A DNA stretch of 19,450 nt from contig CAVXXK010000010.1 in NCBI GenBank assembly GCA_963765675.1, positions 1 to 19,450 on the forward strand, read 5' to 3'. Under the pieces are notes generated by a model, which made no database searches, was not told where the DNA came from, and worked only from the letters and a program-made list of their open reading frames with translations. How positions within the stretch are numbered: position 1 is the first letter of the stretch; each line of letters begins with the position of its first letter. This document shows, piece by piece, positions 15,912-19,450 of the stretch. The translations under genes and the position numbers were made by a program. Origin of the DNA: an uncultured delta proteobacterium. GTDB lineage: Bacteria; Desulfobacterota; Binatia; Binatales; Binataceae.

Positions 15912-16937
15912 TCATTTGTCAAAAGTGAAAATTCGCTTCCAGTCATTCTTCATGCTGATCACGTTCCAGCCCCTGGACTTGGCCTCATCGTAGAGCGCCT
16001 GCGTGAACGTCCCGACTTTGGTGTCCGGTAGACCATCGGCAGGGCCGTATGCGTACTCGCGTGCGGGATCATCGTGCAACACCAACATCATCAACCGGGC
16101 GCCGTCGCCCGCCTGGGTCCATTCCAGCATCTGCTTGTCGCCGGGCGAGTTGCCAAACGCCGCGTAGGGCCGCTTGCCGATAAACAGGTTGATCCCGACG
16201 GGCTTGCCGGCATTGTCGTCGATGAAGAACACTTTGGGCTCGCGCATCAGTACCGGTTTGCCGTCCTGGTACTCGAATTTGGTCAGGATGCTCGATCCCA
16301 CGACCTGCTCGGGCGGGACACCATAGACACTTTCGCTGTATACCCGCACGAACTCCTGGCCGCCGCCAGTGACGATGTAGGTTTTGAATCCATTAGCGCG
16401 CAGGTAATCCATGACCTCGAGCATCGGCTGGTAGACGAGGGCCGCGTACGGCTGATGAAATCTCGGATCTCTGGCGGTTGCCAACCACTGCTTCACAAGC
16501 TGCTGGAACGCTTCGGTCGTCATTCCGGCATGGGTCGCTGCGAGGATAATTTCCCAGTCCGATTCCGAGAACTTGCCGATCGCCGCACGATCGTTCGTGA
16601 GAACCGCCTTGAACGGATCGCGTTCTTTCCATTCGGGATGCTGCGGGGCCAGCTCGTGCACGCGGGCTAGCGCAAACGTAGCCTGAGTATACAGGGGATG
16701 TTCGACCCAAAGGGTGCCATCCTGATCGAAGGTGGCAATGCGATCCTGAGGTTCGACGTATTTGGTACCAGACTTGTCTGTAACTTCTTTGACGAAAGAA
16801 ACGATCGCCTGTTTCGCCGGCCCGTCGTTCCACGATGCAAGCGCTGGTGTCTGAGCGTTTGCGTGGAGACTCAACGCCAGAAACATGACGATGACGAAAG
16901 CGCCGGGCAGCTTCGGGATCTTCCGACGAGAGTTCAT
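15912..16937 (-). CDS. Exported HAD-superfamily hydrolase (nonspecific acid phosphatase-like)
   Basis: Signal peptide (…HANA-QT); ATFDQDGTLW (DxD), IVTGGG, GKP, AFGNSPGD; AAGGAG RBS. Confidence 0.88.
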   Translation of the reverse strand: MNSRRKIPKLPGAFVIVMFLALSLHANAQTPALASWNDGPAKQAIVSFVKEVTDKSGTKYVEPQDRIATFDQDGTLWVEHPLYTQATFALARVHELAPQHPEWKERDPFKAVLTNDRAAIGKFSESDWEIILAATHAGMTTEAFQQLVKQWLATARDPRFHQPYAALVYQPMLEVMDYLRANGFKTYIVTGGGQEFVRVYSESVYGVPPEQVVGSSILTKFEYQDGKPVLMREPKVFFIDDNAGKPVGINLFIGKRPYAAFGNSPGDKQMLEWTQAGDGARLMMLVLHDDPAREYAYGPADGLPDTKVGTFTQALYDEAKSRGWNVISMKNDWKRIFTFDK

Positions 16938-16995
16938 TGCGCTCCTTATCGAACGATTCTCGATTAACTTTGGTCAAATCGACGCTCCGACTCTA

Positions 16996-17011
16996 TTGTA
17001 CCTTGGTACAA
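16996..17011. promoter_or_regulatory. Putative operator TTGTACC-TT-GGTACAA overlapping a minus-strand -10 (TACAAT)
   Basis: Perfect 7-bp inverted repeat about 60 bp upstream of the HAD start. Confidence 0.45.
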
Positions 17012-17092
17012 GGAGGACGGTCTCCCTCGCGCTCCCCCTGTTCAGGGGCGCGGTGGGGCTGTTGCGGTGTCGGCTATGGGGCGCAAGCATCG

Positions 17093-17218
17093 CAAACCGC
17101 GATGACGCTTCGCGTCGGCCGACGGGCCGTCGGCATCCACTGACAGGAAAAAGACCGCTGGCGCGCCATAGGCGCTCGAGCTTTCGCGCTACATTGCGCG
17201 GAGGCGGTCGAGGATGTC
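17093..17218 (+). repeat. Right-end repeat R copy 2 (family 2 REP at 17111-17140 plus native 3' end of the monooxygenase gene)
   Basis: Homologous to 14801-14919. Confidence 0.85.
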
Positions 17219-18430
17219 TTCGGAGAATAGTTCTGCGGGAAGTAGCTCGGGGCCTACGAAGGCGGCGGGACCGAGATCGGGAAGGGCGTTGCGGGCGCGC
17301 GCTTCGCGGACTTTGATTCGGCGCGCGCGCGCATCGGGGCCGAACTCTACGTTCAAGATCGACAGGGTCGAGGCGGTCAGGCGCAGCCGGCGCATCCGCT
17401 CGCGCCGCTCCTCGGCGTAGGGACGGAAAATCTCCGGAGTCCAGTCGCGATTCTCGAGCATCAGGTCGCGCACGATTCGCACGTCGCGATAGGTGATCGA
17501 AAGCCCCTGCCCGATAATCGGATCGTTGTGGCCCGCGGCGTCGCCGATCAGAACCACACCGGGCGCGTACGGCGTGTCGGTCCAGGTGTCCTCGTTGCCG
17601 TAGGAGTTGCAGGGGCCGGCAGGGGTCGCGTTCGCAAGATACTCGCTCGCGGGAACGTATCCGAGTTTGAACGCGTCGAGGAAGCGCGCCTGGTTGTCGG
17701 CGCCGGCGAACCGGCGCCGATCTTCGAGCGCATAGCAGATGTACAGCCGGACCCGGCTCGCCGATTGCGGAAACGCGAGAAAGTTGATCGTGTTTTCGGT
17801 TCCGAAGATTTGCAGGTCTTGGGGCCATCCGTCGGTGTCGTCAACCAGAAGCCCCGCCATCAGATGGTGCGAAGGATCGCGATGATACTCGATACCGGCC
17901 TGGCCGCGGACGATCGAGTTGCGGCCGTCGGCGCCGATCACGATGCGCGGGTTGTATTCGGTAAGGCGGCCGTCGTCGCGAAATCGCACTGCGGGCGAGG
18001 CGCCGGGGGTGACTGCGACGTCGGTGACGCCCCGGATGAGCACCGCTCCTCGCGAGGTCGCGGCGGCATTGAGGAGATCGCACATCTCGGGATGACGCAT
18101 GCATAGCGGAGGCGGCAGGCCTATCGACTCGAACGCGGTGAGGTCGAGCGTCTGGCTTTCGGCGCTGGCGCGATCGAGATCGTCGCCGTAAGGGATGTGG
18201 CGCTTGAGGTGATGCCCGCCCGCTTTTTTAAGGAGATCATACAATCCGAGCCGCTTGGTCTCGGCGACTCCCCACGGAGCGATCCATTCGCCGCGCACGT
18301 GATCGACGTGGACGGTGGACTTCTCGAGAATGGTCGTCGCGATCCCGGCTTGCGCGAGGCTGGCGGCGAGTGCGCTGCCGCCGATTCCGCCGCCGATTAT
18401 CACCACCTCGGGATTGTTTTGGTTGGGCAT
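17189..18430 (-). CDS. FAD-dependent monooxygenase/oxidoreductase (UbiH-like, FAD_binding_3)
   Basis: VVIIGGGIGG Rossmann motif, IGADGRNSIVR (DG), LIGDAAG...PIIGQG (GD). ATG 18430 preferred; the longer ORF start at 18487 lies in a REP. Confidence 0.88.
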   Translation of the reverse strand: MPNQNNPEVVIIGGGIGGSALAASLAQAGIATTILEKSTVHVDHVRGEWIAPWGVAETKRLGLYDLLKKAGGHHLKRHIPYGDDLDRASAESQTLDLTAFESIGLPPPLCMRHPEMCDLLNAAATSRGAVLIRGVTDVAVTPGASPAVRFRDDGRLTEYNPRIVIGADGRNSIVRGQAGIEYHRDPSHHLMAGLLVDDTDGWPQDLQIFGTENTINFLAFPQSASRVRLYICYALEDRRRFAGADNQARFLDAFKLGYVPASEYLANATPAGPCNSYGNEDTWTDTPYAPGVVLIGDAAGHNDPIIGQGLSITYRDVRIVRDLMLENRDWTPEIFRPYAEERRERMRRLRLTASTLSILNVEFGPDARARRIKVREARARNALPDLGPAAFVGPELLPAELFSEDILDRLRAM

Positions 18431-18484
18431 GGTCTGGGCGATGATAAGCATAAAATCCGGGGAGTTGTCAGGAGGCGCGGAAGA

Positions 18485-18506
18485 CACAGGCTAAAGCCTG
18501 TGCCAC
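18485..18506 (-). repeat. REP family 1 copy
   Basis: CACAGGCTAAAGCCTGTGCCAC, identical to 11900-11921; similarity extends over 18480-18527. Confidence 0.9.
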
Positions 18507-18531
18507 TTAAAACAAAGATTCAAATCAACAG

Positions 18532-18658
18532 TCAAAACACCAAGGCACCAAGGAAAGACACCAAGGCAGACACGGAAAGACATAGCGGGGCCTTCCTTCG
18601 GGAAGGACCCGTTTCTTCTTGGTGTCTTCCTTTGTGTCTTAGTGCCTTGGTGGTTTGA
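18532..18658. repeat. Long imperfect inverted repeat of CACCAAGG/GACAC-type units around a C(TTCG)G hairpin
   Basis: Left arm CACCAAGGCACCAAGGAAAGACACCAAGG, right arm CTTGGTGTCTTCCTTTGTGTCTTAGTGCCTTGGTG, centre CCTTCC-TTCG-GGAAGG (18591-18606). Related half element at 5031-5054. Confidence 0.7.
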
Positions 18659-18684
18659 TTGAGAAAATCAGCGAAAGCCGCGAA

Positions 18685-19059
18685 CTACGCGGCGCGGCTG
18701 GTGCGGGGCGGGCGGATCAGCAGTTCGGCCGGGATACCGAAGCGCTCGTGCAGGCGGCGGATCATCGCGAGTGAGAGTGCACGCTTGCCTTGCATCACCT
18801 CATAGACGCGGCTGCGGCCGCCGATCACGCCAATCAGCGCCCGCGGATCGAGTCCTTGCTGCTCGAGCCGAAATCGAATCGCTTCGATCGGGTCCGGTGG
18901 ATCGATCGGAAAATGCTTTTGCTCGTAAGCTTCGGCCAGGGTCGCGAGAACGTCGAGCCTGTCGCCTTCGGGGGTTCCTTCTCTCGCGCCCCACAGGCGT
19001 TCGATCTCGCGCAGAGTGCGCTCGTGATCGGCTTTGGTCCGAATCGGTTTAATTTGCAT
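18685..19059 (-). CDS. higA: HigA family antitoxin (HTH)
   Basis: MQIKPIRT, GTPEGDRLDVLATLAEAYE, PDPIEAIRFRLEQ, KRALSLAMIRRLHERFGIPAELLI; overlaps the toxin stop. Confidence 0.9.
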   Translation of the reverse strand: MQIKPIRTKADHERTLREIERLWGAREGTPEGDRLDVLATLAEAYEQKHFPIDPPDPIEAIRFRLEQQGLDPRALIGVIGGRSRVYEVMQGKRALSLAMIRRLHERFGIPAELLIRPPRTSRAA

Positions 19060-19372
19060 ACTTGATTGTCCTGGCATTGATTTTATCGTATTCGCGATGC
19101 GACCCGAGCCACTTGATGAACACGATATGCCGACGATAATCGATCGCTGTCACCAGCCGGTAGTCGTTGCCCTTGATGTTGAACACCACGCGGTCACTAC
19201 TGATGATGCTGGCAGTGCCGTAGCTACGCTTGACCTCGGCTGAATTGCTCCAAGTGGCGCGTTGGGTTTCATGAAACCACGCATCGAGCGCGACCTTCGC
19301 CGCATTGTGTCTCTCCTGCCCCTTAAGCGACGCGACAAACTGCACCAGGGTCCGCCGCGATATCACCCGCAC
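19049..19372 (-). CDS. higB: HigB family type II toxin (mRNA interferase)
   Basis: MRVISRRTL, LDAWF, DRVVFNIKGNDYRLV, FIKWLGSHREYDKI; toxin-first gene order. Confidence 0.92.
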   Translation of the reverse strand: MRVISRRTLVQFVASLKGQERHNAAKVALDAWFHETQRATWSNSAEVKRSYGTASIISSDRVVFNIKGNDYRLVTAIDYRRHIVFIKWLGSHREYDKINARTIKYAN

Positions 19373-19379
19373 GACGGAA

Positions 19380-19409
19380 AATATAGCATCGTTCCCAAAT
19401 CGGGAACAA
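19380..19409 (-). promoter_or_regulatory. higBA promoter with operator palindrome
   Basis: Minus strand TTGTTC-18 bp-TATATT with TG extension; GTTCCC-AAATC-GGGAAC palindrome at 19391-19407. Confidence 0.65.
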
Positions 19410-19450
19410 GCCGGGGCTGGCGATGCGGTTGCTGCGATCGTTCGCGGACA

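Noticed and set aside
12061-18660. Classical integron cassette array
   Set aside because: No intI, no recognisable attC (RYYYAAC...GTTRRRY) boundaries, and cargo genes lie on both strands with their own promoters.

Overview
GC-rich bacterial chromosome segment. Its core is the conserved, usually origin-proximal cluster mnmE-mnmG-rsmG-parA-parB (minus strand) with two palindromic parS sites; mnmG is split by a one-base frameshift. To the left lies an atypical three-gene restriction-modification operon (short MTase-like protein, NPPY adenine MTase, GIY-YIG-like nuclease fused to an SF2 helicase). To the right is an accessory region headed by a REP-associated tyrosine transposase (RAYT) flanked by its REPs, then a TetR/DUF1326/DUF2182 operon, an exported HAD hydrolase plus 2H-phosphoesterase pair, an FAD monooxygenase and a higBA toxin-antitoxin. 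The most unusual structure is 12061-17218: two tandem units share the same left end (148 bp starting in a REP) and homologous right ends (~120 bp: a second REP family plus the monooxygenase 3' tail) but hold unrelated cargo genes, and they are joined inside a truncated REP. This looks like a RAYT/REP-linked cargo slot in which alternative gene sets were stacked. At least four short palindromic repeat families mark module boundaries. Protein calls rest on motif recognition only; no database searches were run.
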